A stretch of 64,000 bases of DNA from the NCBI GenBank assembly GCA_964016885.1, contig OZ024744.1, positions 59,396,001 to 59,460,000 of the forward strand, given 5' to 3'. The notes below the pieces were generated by a model, which did no database searches, had not been told where the DNA came from, and worked only from the letters and a program-made list of their open reading frames with translations. The stretch's first letter is position 1. The number at the start of each line of letters is the position of its first letter. The position numbers and the translations under genes are program-made. The stretch comes from Eledone cirrhosa. Lineage: Eukaryota. Below, piece after piece: positions 29,432 to 42,113 of this stretch.

Positions 29432-29486
29432 CATTTACCAGTGGTTTCGTGAAAGCAAACAAATTTTGCTTTCAATCATCAGAATG
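29432..29486 (-). ncRNA. Type I hammerhead (family B)
   Basis: Minus strand: catt CTGATGA ttgaaagcaaa..tttgctttcac GAAA ccactgg TA aatg. Confidence 0.85.
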
Positions 29487-29796
29487 AAAAATTCCTGGTG
29501 TATTTATTGACATTAGATTTTAAAAACAAAAATATAATCTATATGAAAGTGAGGCTGGAAAAGGAAGAAGGAAAGGAAAAATAAACACACATGCACAAAC
29601 ACACAAACACAATTACATACACACACATATATACATACACATATATATACACATACATACACATATATATATATATAGATGTATATATATATATATATAC
29701 ATACACATACACATACATATACATATATAACAACATATCCATACATACACATACACACAAATACACAAACACGCACACACACACACATGTATGTAT

Positions 29797-29841
<45 letters not shown>

Positions 29842-30319
29842 CATACACACAATCATACATATACACACACGTACATACACACACATACATACACACATAT
29901 ATACACGCATACATACGCATGCAAAAATATAGATATATGTACACACACCTACATACGCACACAAACAAATAATTATAAGAAAAAATATAATAATAAAAAT
30001 ACCGTCACATAAGAATAAAAAATAAATGTAAAAATTATTATAAAGTGACAGCGATACAGGCAACAAATAAATGAACAAACACACGTGGTAAGCAATACAC
30101 ACAATTGCACATACACATACATACATAAAAATAAATACATACACACACATACAATTACATATACACATATATATATACATACACATATACATACACACAC
30201 ACACATATATGTATGTATACATAGTATGTACACGTACATACATATATGTATACAGACGTACAGAAGTATGAATATATATATATATATATACATACATGCA
30301 CACATATATATACATACTT

Positions 30320-30800
30320 ATATTTAAGTAACAGCCGTACTAAGAGTGGGAAATGAAATTTCGTTTCATTTTTTCCCGTTTATCGTTTTCGGTGCACCCG
30401 GCCGATTAACCCACACGATATGCAAATTGGGCTACTCAGCCGTTAATATGCATAAGGTAAGTATATACGTTCAACAATCTGGCAGGAAGGTATACGTTGC
30501 TGACGATAGCTAATAAGCTTGAAACTAGTACAGCTTTCCTCACAAACGAGCAACGATGGTTGCTAGACACTACGGCTTAATACGGGATGTTTGTTTACAA
30601 ACACACGGATCATTATAATAAATGTTCGGCGAATCCATACGTACATATATATATGTGTGCATGTATATATATATACATACTACTGTACGTCTGTATACAT
30701 ATATGTATGTACGTGTACATACTTATATTTATTTATTATTTGTCGTATTCCCAACTTTTTATTTTTATATATATATAATATTTATGTATTTTCTTATATA
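30320..30800 (+). repeat. Single unit of the ~420-bp hammerhead repeat (ribozyme 30494-30536) with block-terminal tail
   Basis: Matches units at 34893-46572. Confidence 0.9.
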
Positions 30801-30947
30801 TATATGTGTGTGTGTATATGTATATATATATATGTATGTATAAATGAAGTAATTCCATCGGAAAAGTCCAGGAAAAAAGAGTGCTCTATGTAGGCAACAG
30901 AGCTTAATTATTATTATTATGTAATAAACAACATAAGGCAATTATTC

Positions 30948-31001
30948 CATTTACCAGTGGTTTCTTAAAAGCAAAAGGTTTTGCTTTCAATCCTCAGAAT
31001 G
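30948..31001 (-). ncRNA. Type I hammerhead (family B)
   Basis: Minus strand: catt CTGAGGA ttgaaagcaaaa-cc-ttttgcttttaa GAAA ccactgg TA aatg. Confidence 0.85.
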
Positions 31002-31265
31002 AAAAAATCCTGGTTTGTTTATTGAATTTGGATTACAAAAACAAAAATGCAATCTATATGAAAGTGAGGCAGGAGAAGGGAGAAGGAAAGGAAAAATAAA
31101 ATAAAACTACACATGCAAACACACACACAAAAAAACCCAAAAGCATACTTACACACACATACATATATACATATACACATATATATAAAACGTACACTTA
31201 CATACACACATACATATATACACACATATACACATACATACATTAATACATATACACACACACAC

Positions 31266-31297
<32 letters not shown>

Positions 31298-31322
31298 GCA
31301 TACACACACACATATATATATA

Positions 31323-31376
<54 letters not shown>

Positions 31377-31607
31377 CACACATACACACACATACACATG
31401 TGTGTGTACAAGCATACACATACACACACATACACATGTGTGTGTACAAGCATACACATACACAAACATAGCCATACACACACACATATATATACACATA
31501 CGTACATTCACACAAACATACAAAACGTACATACATACACATACATGAATCCACTCCTCTACATATTCACACACGCAAATAAATATAAGAAAAAATATAT
31601 ATATATA

Positions 31608-33962
31608 TTGTTATACTTTGGGAGGGTCATGTTGCCAATAAGAAACACATGCACCAGTTGCTTTCAATTCAATTTATTATATATTTATATATTTATAAAT
31701 TTATAAATTTACAAACCTATAAATTTCTGGTTGGTTGGTTGGTTCCACAACCAGATAGTTGTTTATATATAGTCATAGTCCTTTCGTCACACACACTGTG
31801 ACCTCTTCAGTGACTGGGGATTCCTTTCTTTGTTTCTGTGCCTTTCCTTTCTTCTATCCTACGCCATTTTGTTTCTGTGTGTGTGTTGTGTGCTCAGTTT
31901 GCGCATGCGCCACATCCGGGTGTCTGCGTGTGTTTGTGTTCATTTATCTATTTGTTTATTTATTTATTTATTTATTGTTGGTTGGTTGTTTGTTCTATGT
32001 GTGTGTGTGTTTTCATTTTGTCCTGTGTGTGTTTTCATTTTGTCCTTAATTGTAAGTTGTTTGTTCTATGTGTGTGTGTGTTTTCATTTTGTCCTGTGTG
32101 TGTTTTCATTTTGTCCTTAGTTGTAAGTTGTGATGTTGCTGTTCCACTCATATTTTCTATTTAATTTTGGTTTTAATTCTTTTATGCTTACTGCCGCTGT
32201 AATTTGCCTAAACATTGCGTCTTTTCTGTGTGTGGATTCTATTTTTATTTCTATGTTCTCTAATCTACCCCTGTGTTCTATCTTAGCATGTTGGTAGAGC
32301 ACAGATGATTCTTTATTATCTTGGAGGTCTCGCCAGTGTTCATTTATTCGTTCCCCTATACTACGAGCTGTCTCACCTATGTACACTATATTTTTGTTTC
32401 TACATTGTCCTTCAGTACATCTTATGCTATACACTACATTTCTAGTTTTACAGTTAATATGGGGGCTTATTTTATAGGTTATACATTTCTTATCTATACA
32501 TGAGGGTCTTTGGAACGAGTATGTCTTGCTAATAAGTGTTTTTACGGAGGTACCTGGTCTTTCTACTATCTTAATATTGAGATTATGTTTATTTAGGGCC
32601 CTTCTAAATTTGTAGGCTAGTTCGCCTCTAGGGGTTGTATTGATGAACATTACACTCTGGTATTTATTGCTATCATACCATGAGTTTATTCTATTGGCCT
32701 TGTTCCTAGTTCTTTCTATTCTATTCCAAAATTTGCTCCTATACAAGGGGCAGGTCCTATTTATGTCATTATTTACCATTTTTTCCCATTTGGTTCTGGC
32801 TCCTTTATACACTCTGATTCTATCTCTCTGATTGTAGCCAGAGAACTGCATACGGTGGATGAAGTGTTGTATGTGTCTCTCTAGTTCTTCGGGGTTGCAC
32901 ATGCGGGACACATTTCTCATCACCCGTACCAAATCCGCAATCAGTATGTTGATTTTGGTATGGTCCGAAATGGCCGAGTTTCGGTGGATCAGATGTTTGG
33001 AAGTCATGGGTTTGGCATAATGGGAAGAGGATTTGTTTTTGGTTGTTAATAGTATCTAACCAGAGCTCTGTGTCTAGTACAGGTAATCGATGGTTGGGGT
33101 GTCTACTTGGGTAGTCTATAGTAACTCTAATGCTCTGGTGGATGGAGTTTGCTATTTGCTGGATGCTTTCCATTGTGTTTTTCTCTAGTTCCTGACTGTT
33201 CTTTAGTGGGGGTGTCTTAACTACGATGTTTATATCATCTACGTAGCGGGAGTACATTATCAGGGTTAAGCTGTCTTCTAATTGTTCTTTAAGTTTTTGT
33301 TTAAGTCTACTGTCCCACCATACCATGAATAAGTTAGCTATGTCGCCTGCAATGCTAACACCAATTGCTGCTCCTTCCTCTTGGGCATATGTTTTACCAT
33401 TAAATTTGAACATATGTTCCTTAAGGGTTAATTTTATGCTGGCCCCTACCGCATGTGCAATCATTTTCTTCAGTTCATCGTGGTTTTCGGGTGTCCGTAT
33501 GGCTCTGGTCCACCCGTTCCATCTATCTGTGTGGGTTTTCTTGGCCATTGAGGTAATGGTAGGTGGTCTGCCTCTTGCTGGTCTTGTAGGGCACAGGTTA
33601 CTAAGGTCATAAGTGTTTAGGTAACTATTACTATGGGTAAGCTTAAGTAGAAGTCCCAGCTCACTGGTATCAATCCCACGGAACTCAACCTTGCTCTCGC
33701 TGATCATTTCTACGCATTTCTCCACAGCAAAATCCACGTCAATAGATGGATACAGGGACACAACATCCATACTGCCTATTATGCAGTTTGTTAGGTCCCC
33801 AGATCGGTTACCCGCGCCGATTCTGCTGAGGAGGTCCTCCGTGCTGTCACACATATCTGGGGACATCTCAATGATGGGGCGTATGATCAGGGAGAGGAAG
33901 TAGGACAGTCTGTAGTTACTAGCAATGTTAGCCCCACAGACTGGCCGTGTTGGTGGTCCCGC
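31608..33962 (-). mobile_element. Penelope-like retroelement (RT plus GIY-YIG), 5'-truncated, one frameshift, 3' end in (TA)n
   Basis: GSMDVVSLYPSI, GAAIG, SRYVDD, LPVLD; second frame CKTRNVVYSIRC..VYIGETARSIGERINEH..E..LN. Confidence 0.93.
31771..31815 (-). ncRNA. Minimal hammerhead in the PLE 3' pseudo-LTR (family C)
   Basis: Minus strand: agtca CTGAAGA g gtcac..gtgac GAAA ggac TA tgact. Confidence 0.8.
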
Positions 33963-34248
33963 AACAAAAAGAATATATGGGGGGGGGGGGGGCCTAAGAG
34001 GAGGTAACATATAAGGGGAGGTAAGGGAGAAAAACATTTAGTAAATATACAAGAGTACAGAAGGTAGAATCAGCAAAATAAAAACCGTAGCAAAAGTAAA
34101 GAGCAGAGAAGGAGTACAGGGCGGTTGATTTATCATAAGAGTGTCAATCCAGTTACAGATCAGATGCGATTTCAGATGAGGACAGCATCTGAAGATCTCA
34201 GTCTTTGAGTTAAAGCAAGCGGAAGTGGCTCTCAAGTTTAGCAGAATC

Positions 34249-34510
<262 letters not shown>

Positions 34511-34615
34511 AGAGTTAAACAAGATTCATATGAATACATCTAAGAATGAGTTTTACACATACATATGTGTGTGTATGTATTTGTATGTATATGTTTGTGT
34601 ATATGTATGTATATA

Positions 34616-34692
<77 letters not shown>

Positions 34693-34696
<4 letters not shown>

Positions 34697-36150
34697 GGAA
34701 AAAATGAAACAAAATTTCATTTCCCACTCTTAGTACGGCTGTTACTTAAATATAAGTATGTACACGTACATACATATATGTATACAGACGTACAGTAGTA
34801 TGTATATATATACATACATGCACACATATATATATGTACGTATGGATTCACCGAACATTTATTATAATGCTCGGTGTGTTTGTAAACAAACAAACCGTTT
34901 ATCGTTTTCGGTGAACCTGGCCGATTAACCCACTCGATATGCAAATTGGGCTACTCAGCTGTTAATATGCATAAGGTAAGTATATACGTTCAACAATCTG
35001 GCAGGAAGGTATACGTTGCTGACGATAGCTAATAAGCTTGAAACTAGTACAGTGTTCCTTTGTCAGTGTTGAACAAACGAGCAACGATGGTTGCTTGACA
35101 CTACGGCTTAATACGGGATGTTTGTTTACAAACACACCGAGCATTATAATAAATGTTCGGTGAATCCATACGTACATATATATATGTGTGCATGTTTGTA
35201 TATATATATATACATACTACTATACGTCTGTATACATATATGCATGTACGTGTACATACTTATATTTAAGTAACAGCCGTACTAAGAGTGGGAAATGAAA
35301 TTTCGTTTCATTTTTTCCGTTTATTGTTTTCGGTGCACCCGGCCAATTAACCCACTCGATATGCAAATTGGGCTACTCAGCGGTTAATATGCATAAGGTA
35401 AGTATATACGTTCAACAATCTGGCAGGAAGGTATACGTTGCTGACGATAGCTTAATAAGCTTGAAACTAGTACAGCGTTCCTTTGTCAGTGTTGAACAAA
35501 CGAGCAACGATGGTTGCTGGACACTCCGGCTTAATACGGGATGTTTGTTTACAAACACACCGAGCTTTATAATAAATGTTCGGTGAATCCATACGTACAT
35601 ATATATATGTGTGCCTGTATGTATATATATATATACATACTACTGTACATCTGTATACATAGATGTATGAATCTTTACATACTTATATTTAAGTAACAGC
35701 CGTACTAAGAGTGGGCAATGAAATTTCGTTTCTTTTTTTCCGTTTATCGTTTTCGGTGCACCCGGCCGTTTAACCCACTCGATATGCAAATTAGGCTCCT
35801 CAGCCGTTAATATGCATAAGGTAAGTATATACGTTCAACAATCTGGCAGGAAGGTATACGTTGCTGACGATCGCTAATAAGCTTGAAACTAGTACAGCGT
35901 TCCTAACAAACGAGCAACGATGGTTGCTAGACACTATGGCTTAATACGGGATGTTTGTTTACAAACACACCGAGCATTATAATAAATGTTCGGTGAATCC
36001 ATACGTACATATATATATGTTTGCATGTATGTATATATATATACATACTACTGTACGTCTGTACGTGCACATACTTATATTTATTTATTATTTGTCGTAT
36101 TCCCAACTTTTTATTTTTATATATATATAATATTATGTATTTTCTTATAT
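34693..36150 (+). repeat. Hammerhead repeat block: inverted head (34693-34892) plus 3 units (ribozymes at 35013, 35435, 35858) plus tail
   Basis: Unit spacing 422-423 bp; acgttg CTGACGA tagc-taataa-gctt GAAA ctag TA cagcgt. Confidence 0.92.
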
Positions 36151-36189
36151 ATATGTGTGTGTGTGTGTATATGTATATATATATATATG

Positions 36190-36228
<39 letters not shown>

Positions 36229-36233
<5 letters not shown>

Positions 36234-37417
36234 TAAACGGAATAGAAAATGCTGACAAATTGTTCACAGTTGAAAAATGGTTTAATTAGGAATAAAAGAG
36301 TACCACAACTGAATACTAACTCATACAATCACTAATACTCTTTTATTCCTAACTAGCAGTAAAGCCCGGCGTTGCTTGGGGTCGCTCAGTAGCTGTGTTA
36401 AAGTTACAATGTTAAGTTTCTTTTTTGGCTTAAAAACTGTAGTGTCTACTGTGTAGACTTGCATGTGGTGTTTTTGATTAATATTCCCTCAACCAACAAT
36501 ATGCCTTATGAAGTTAAGAAAACATAACGATAACCCGAATGTTATAACAAAAGAGGATGCTGGGGATAAAAACTGCACTGGTTATTTATTAACAAAGATC
36601 GAAAATGTAAACACTGCAACGCAGAGAAAAACATTAGCGTAACCAAATTATCAGTTATGTCTGTCTGCACGCCTATATCACCTCTCTGCACGACTATCTG
36701 TCTGCACGACTGTCTGTCTGCACGCGTATATCACCTCTCTGCACGACTATCTGTCTGCACGCGTATATCACCTCTCTGCACGACTGTCTGTCTTCACGCC
36801 TAACGAAATTTACAGATACATATATTTTAAATAAACTTATATAATTTTTGCTTTTTTTTACGAAATATTTGCTTGTTTTACGTAGTCTTTAAATAGACTT
36901 GTTTTCAAGTAAAAATATTGTTTTAAAAGGCTTTTAAATGGAAATGAAGCAAAACGGAAGCTTAGGGTTCGAACTGATGAATTTTGCAGGTCAAAATTTT
37001 GCTGGCTCGACAACTGTTCGTGTATTGTGTTAATGTCATTTTAAACGCTGAGAAAGCCAGCGTAATTTTTTTAATTTTTGCACGCAGAAAATGTAAACAG
37101 AACAAAGGGAAATAACTCGTCACTTACGCTCAAAAATCGATACATTAGATTCGATTTCGTCACATAGGGTGGGTCAATTTGAAATATTTTTTTCCGATGT
37201 CTTCGCTAGGGTTCAATGTACAAGTATAGCAATTTCGGTGCAATTCCGTCAGAGATTCTAAGAGGAGATGAGTGCCAAAAATCGATAGACAGACAGACAA
37301 CCACAGCTTTATATATATAGATTAAACCATTTTTCAACTGTGAACAATTTGTCAGCATTTTCTATTCCGTTTACCAATATATAATAACTTGTGTGTTACA
37401 CCTCTATTCTTTTAACT
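36229..37417. repeat. Fold-back element in (TA)n whose right arm is split by a Helitron
   Basis: 36229-36302 is the reverse complement of 36337-36352 joined to 37322-37380. Confidence 0.85.
36353..37321 (-). mobile_element. Non-autonomous Helitron
   Basis: Minus strand begins TCTATATATATAAAGCTG..(TGTC)n and ends with a hairpin (ccaagcaacgccggg) then CTAG; inserted at A|T with no TSD; internal tgtctgcacg minisatellite at 36658-36800. Confidence 0.9.
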
Positions 37418-37470
37418 ATATATATATATATATATATATATAATGTATAAAAATCAATACAATATAATTA

Positions 37471-37540
37471 CCTCATTACCAGAGGTTTCCCGAATGAGGC
37501 GAATACGAAAGAAACGTCTTCATTCGTTCGTCAGACGAGG
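37471..37540 (-). ncRNA. Type I hammerhead (family D) near a (TA)n-abutting end
   Basis: Minus strand: cctcgt CTGACGA acgaatgaag..cctcattcgg GAAA cctctgg TA atgagg. Confidence 0.8.
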
Positions 37541-38225
37541 CAATATAAAACATGGGTAAATACTTGGAAAGTCTCATCAAGAAAAGCAAAAAAACAAAAA
37601 AGATATAGACAAATTAATTAGAATATGAAATATATAATAATCTTTCAAGAAATATAGTTAGGTGTGTGTATATGTATGTATATACGCTCACAGATGTGCA
37701 TATTTGTGTATGCACATATGTATACGTATAGTGAAAAAATGTGCGTAAATATATAATTTAGGGCAAATGTATCTGTATGTCTGTAATCTACAGACAGAAT
37801 AGATACATCATAAGAGTATGAAGCCACGCGCATAAACACACCTACATACACGTACACTTAGATGCGGAAGTAAAAAAGGTAAGGGAGTGTAATAATTAAA
37901 GGAAAGTATCAATGTCGATATATTTATAAAAATGGAACAATAATTTAGAAAGAAAAAAATAAAGAAAAGAAGACAAACATACACACACACGTATATCACA
38001 CAAAAGAAACGCAAAATTATACATGCTTATATACACACGCACACTTACACATCCATACGTTCGATACGTACACACACACACGCACATACATACACTCACG
38101 CATATTGACCTGTTTGCATGCACACGCAAAAAAATGAGTAAGTAAAAAAAGGGGGAGAAGAATAAAGGAACAAAACATAAAACCTAGATGTAAAAAAGAC
38201 GGATATAAAGACACATACACATACG

Positions 38226-38288
<63 letters not shown>

Positions 38289-38527
38289 GCACGCGCGCGA
38301 ACAAACATAGTCGCTCATGTACATATATAGAAAGTATACACACATTAAGGCGTTCAGCCACATTGATACAGGGTGTAAAAAACTTGTGGATAAGTAAGTA
38401 CAAATATAAAATTGTACGATTGGCTGCGCAAAAATAAAAAATAGAAAGAAAGAAAAAAATATATCTGGTGTGGAAAACGCAAATGACAAGTATAATAAGT
38501 TAGTGAGGGAAATAGGGAAGTAAAAAA

Positions 38528-39460
38528 TGCACACATATATATATGTACGTATGGATTCACCGAACATTTATTATAAAGCTCGGTGTGTTTGTAAACAAAC
38601 AAACAAACAAACCGTTTATCGTTTTCGGTGAACCCGGCCGATTAACCCACTCGATATGCAAATTGGGCTACACAGCCGTTAATATGCATAAGGTAAGTAT
38701 ATACGTTCAACAATCTGACAGGAAGATATACGTTGCTGACGATAGCTTAATAAGCTTGAAACTAGTACAGCGTTCCTTTGTCAGTGTTGAAAAAACGAGC
38801 AACGATGGTTGCTTGACACCACGGCTTAATACGGGATGTTTGTTTACAAACACACCGAGCTTTATAATAAATGTTCGGTGAATGCATACATACATATGTA
38901 TATGTGTGCATGTATGTTTATATATATACATACTACTGTACGTCTGTATACATATATGTATGTACGTGTACATACTTATATTTAAGTAACAGCCGTACTA
39001 AGAGTGGGAAATGAAATTTCGTTTCATTTTTTACGTTTATCGTTTTCGGTGCACCCGGCCGATTAACCCACTCGATATGCAAATTGGGCTACTCAGCGGT
39101 TAATATGCATAAGGTAAGTATATACGTTCAACAATCTGGCAGGAAGGTATACGTTGCTGACGATAGGTAATAACTTGTAACTAGTACAGCGTTACTAACA
39201 AACGAACAACGATGGTTGCTAGACACTACGGCTTAATACGGGATGTTTGTTTACAAACACACCGAGCATTATAATAAATGTTCGGTGAATCCATACGTAC
39301 ATATATATATGTGTGCATGTATGTATATATATATACATACTACTGTACGTCTGTATACATAGATGTATGTACGTGTACATACTTATATTTATTTATTATT
39401 GGTCGTATTGCCAACTTTTTATTTTGATATATATATAATATTTATGTATCTTCTTATATG
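38528..39460 (+). repeat. Hammerhead repeat block: partial inverted head plus 2 units (ribozymes at 38730 and 39151, the latter mutated) plus tail
   Basis: Unit spacing 421 bp. Confidence 0.9.
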
Positions 39461-39482
39461 TATGTGTGTGTGTGTGTATATA

Positions 39483-39521
<39 letters not shown>

Positions 39522-39663
39522 TTAAGAGTTAAACAAGATTCATATGAATACATCTAAGAATGAGTTTTACACACATACATATGTGTGTGTATGTATTTGT
39601 ATGAATGTTTTTGTGTATATGTATGTATGTATGTATATATGTATATATATATATATATATATA

Positions 39664-41136
39664 TACATTATGAAGAGAGAAGAAACATTTAGATATAATT
39701 AGTAATAAAATGTATCATACCTAAACTGCTCCTAAATTCCTCGACTACGTAGTTTCGTGGCATAAACAAAAACAATATATCAAAGATATAGAGTCCTTGC
39801 GAGGTCTGCCAACTTATCAAGAGGATACCTCATTTTACTAGTCTCAAGAACGCGTCTACACGACGTGAGAAAGAATCCCAAAAGGCGGAGGGGGAGATAG
39901 TCACGCGATATAACGGTCGAGAAACAGAGCTAAGCCTCTTATAACCACGAAGAAAATACCACGGAGGCGGAGGGGGTATTCATATCGAGGCCGTAGAAGA
40001 GGTAGTGAAGAAGGCGAGAAGTATGAGTAATGGAAGCTTTCCAGTTGTCCCCACACTTCAAAGATTGCTCGACCAGAGGGAGTTATTAATATATTTAGAA
40101 ACACACAGATACATGCGGACACACACATATATACATGAATGCATCCGCACCCAACTGTGAGTTAAGGGTGCCAACTTCACCGATGTTGCTCAATGAATGA
40201 CTGGGACAGACCAATTCAGTTTGAACCAGACTGAACCAGTATCAGAGTTAAAAATACATTATGAAGAGAGAAGAAACATTTAGATATAATTAGTAATAAA
40301 ATGTATCATACCTAAACTGCTCCTAAATTCCTCGACTACGTAGTTTCGTGGCATAAACAAAAACAATATATCAAAGATACAGAGTCCTTGCGAGGTCTGC
40401 CAACTTATCAAGAGGATACCTCATTTTACTAGTCTCAAGAACGCGTCTACACGACGTGAGAAAGAATCCCAAAAGGCGGAGGGGGAGATAGTCACGCGAT
40501 ATAACGGTCGAGAAACAGAGCTAAGCCTCTTATAACCACGAAGAAAATACCACGGAGGCGGAGGGGGTATTCATATCGAGGCCGTAGAAGAGGTAGTGAA
40601 GAAGGCGAGAAGCATGAGTAATGGGAGCTTTCCAGTTGTCCCCACACTTCAAAGATTGCTCGACCAGAGGGAGTTATTAATATATTTAGAAACACACAGA
40701 TACATGCGGACACACACATATATACGTTATATCGCGTGACTATCTCCCCCTCCGCCTTTTGGGATTCTTTCTCACGTCGTGTAGACGCGTTCTTGAGACT
40801 AGTAAAATGAGGTATCCTCTTGATAAGTTGGCAAACCTCGCAAGGACTCTATATCTTTGATATATTGTTTTTGTTTATGGCACGAAACTACGTAGTCGAG
40901 GAATTTAGGAGCAGTTTAGGTATGATACATTTTATTACTAATTATATCTAAATGTTTCTTCTCTCTTCATAATGTATTTTTAACTCTGATACTGGTTCAG
41001 TCTGGTTCAAACTGAATTGGTCTGTCCCAGTCATTCATTGAGCAACATCGGTGAAGTTGGCACCCTTAACTCACAGTTGGGTGCGGATGCATTCATGTAT
41101 ATATGTGTGTGTCCGCATGTATCTGTGTGTTTCTAA
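39664..41136 (-). mobile_element. Non-coding PLE-type element: 591-bp tandem repeat (39664-40254, partial 40255-40724) plus inverted copy (about 40727-41136), in (TA)n
   Basis: Duplicated pseudo-ORFs 39901 and 40492 offset by 591 bp; third copy is the reverse complement. Confidence 0.9.
39738..39825 (-). ncRNA. Hammerhead with U3:A8 core (family E); further copies 40329-40416 (minus) and 40815-40902 (plus)
   Basis: tcctc TTGATAA gttggca..tgccac GAAA ctacgtag TC gagga; palindromic stem III ACTACGTAGT. Confidence 0.8.
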
Positions 41137-41143
41137 ATATATA

Positions 41144-41196
<53 letters not shown>

Positions 41197-41200
<4 letters not shown>

Positions 41201-41830
41201 GGAAAAAATGAAACGAAATTTCATTTCCCACTCTTAGTACGGCTGTTATTTAAATATAAGTATGTACACGTGCATACAGATATGTATACAGACATACAGT
41301 AGTATGTATATATATATACATACATGCACACATATATATATGTAGGTATGGATTCACCGAACATTTATTATAAAGCTCGGTGTGTTTGTAAACAAACAAA
41401 CCGTTTATCGTTTTCGGTGAACCCGGCCGTTTAACCCTCTCGATATGCAAATTGGGCTACTCAGCCGTTAATATGCATAAGGTAAGTATATACGTTCAAC
41501 AATCTGGCAGGAAGGTATACGTTGCTGACGATAGCTAATAAGCTTGAAACTAGTACAGCGTTCCTAACAAACGAACAACGATGGTTGCTAGACACTACGG
41601 CTTAATACGGGATGTTTGTTTACAAACACACCGAGCATTATAATAAATGTTCGGTGAATCCATACGTACATATATATATGTGTGCATGTATGTATATATA
41701 TATATACATACTACTGTACGTCTGTATACATATATGTATGTACGTGTACATACTTATATTTATTTATTATTTGTCGTATTCCCAACTTTTTATTTTTATA
41801 TATATATAATATTTATGTATTTTCTTATAT
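41197..41830 (+). repeat. Hammerhead repeat block: inverted head plus 1 unit (ribozyme at 41519) plus tail
   Basis: Same head, unit and tail as 34693-36150. Confidence 0.9.
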
Positions 41831-41870
41831 ATATGTGTGTGTGTGTGTGTATATGTATATATATATATAT

Positions 41871-41941
<71 letters not shown>

Positions 41942-42044
41942 AGAGTTAAACAAGATTCATATGAATACATCTAAGAATGAGTTTTACACACATACATATG
42001 TGTGTGTATGTATTTGTCTGTATATGCTAGTGTATATGTATGTA

Positions 42045-42109
<65 letters not shown>

Positions 42110-42113
<4 letters not shown>

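Noticed and set aside
29513-31706. Many long ORFs rich in YI/CV/HT
   Set aside because: Translations of (TA)n, (TG)n and (CA)n microsatellites; the same applies at 7.7k, 18.3k, 34.2k, 49.3k and 62k
34180-34235. CTGAAGA plus stem as a hammerhead
   Set aside because: GAAA and the NUH/stem I elements are missing
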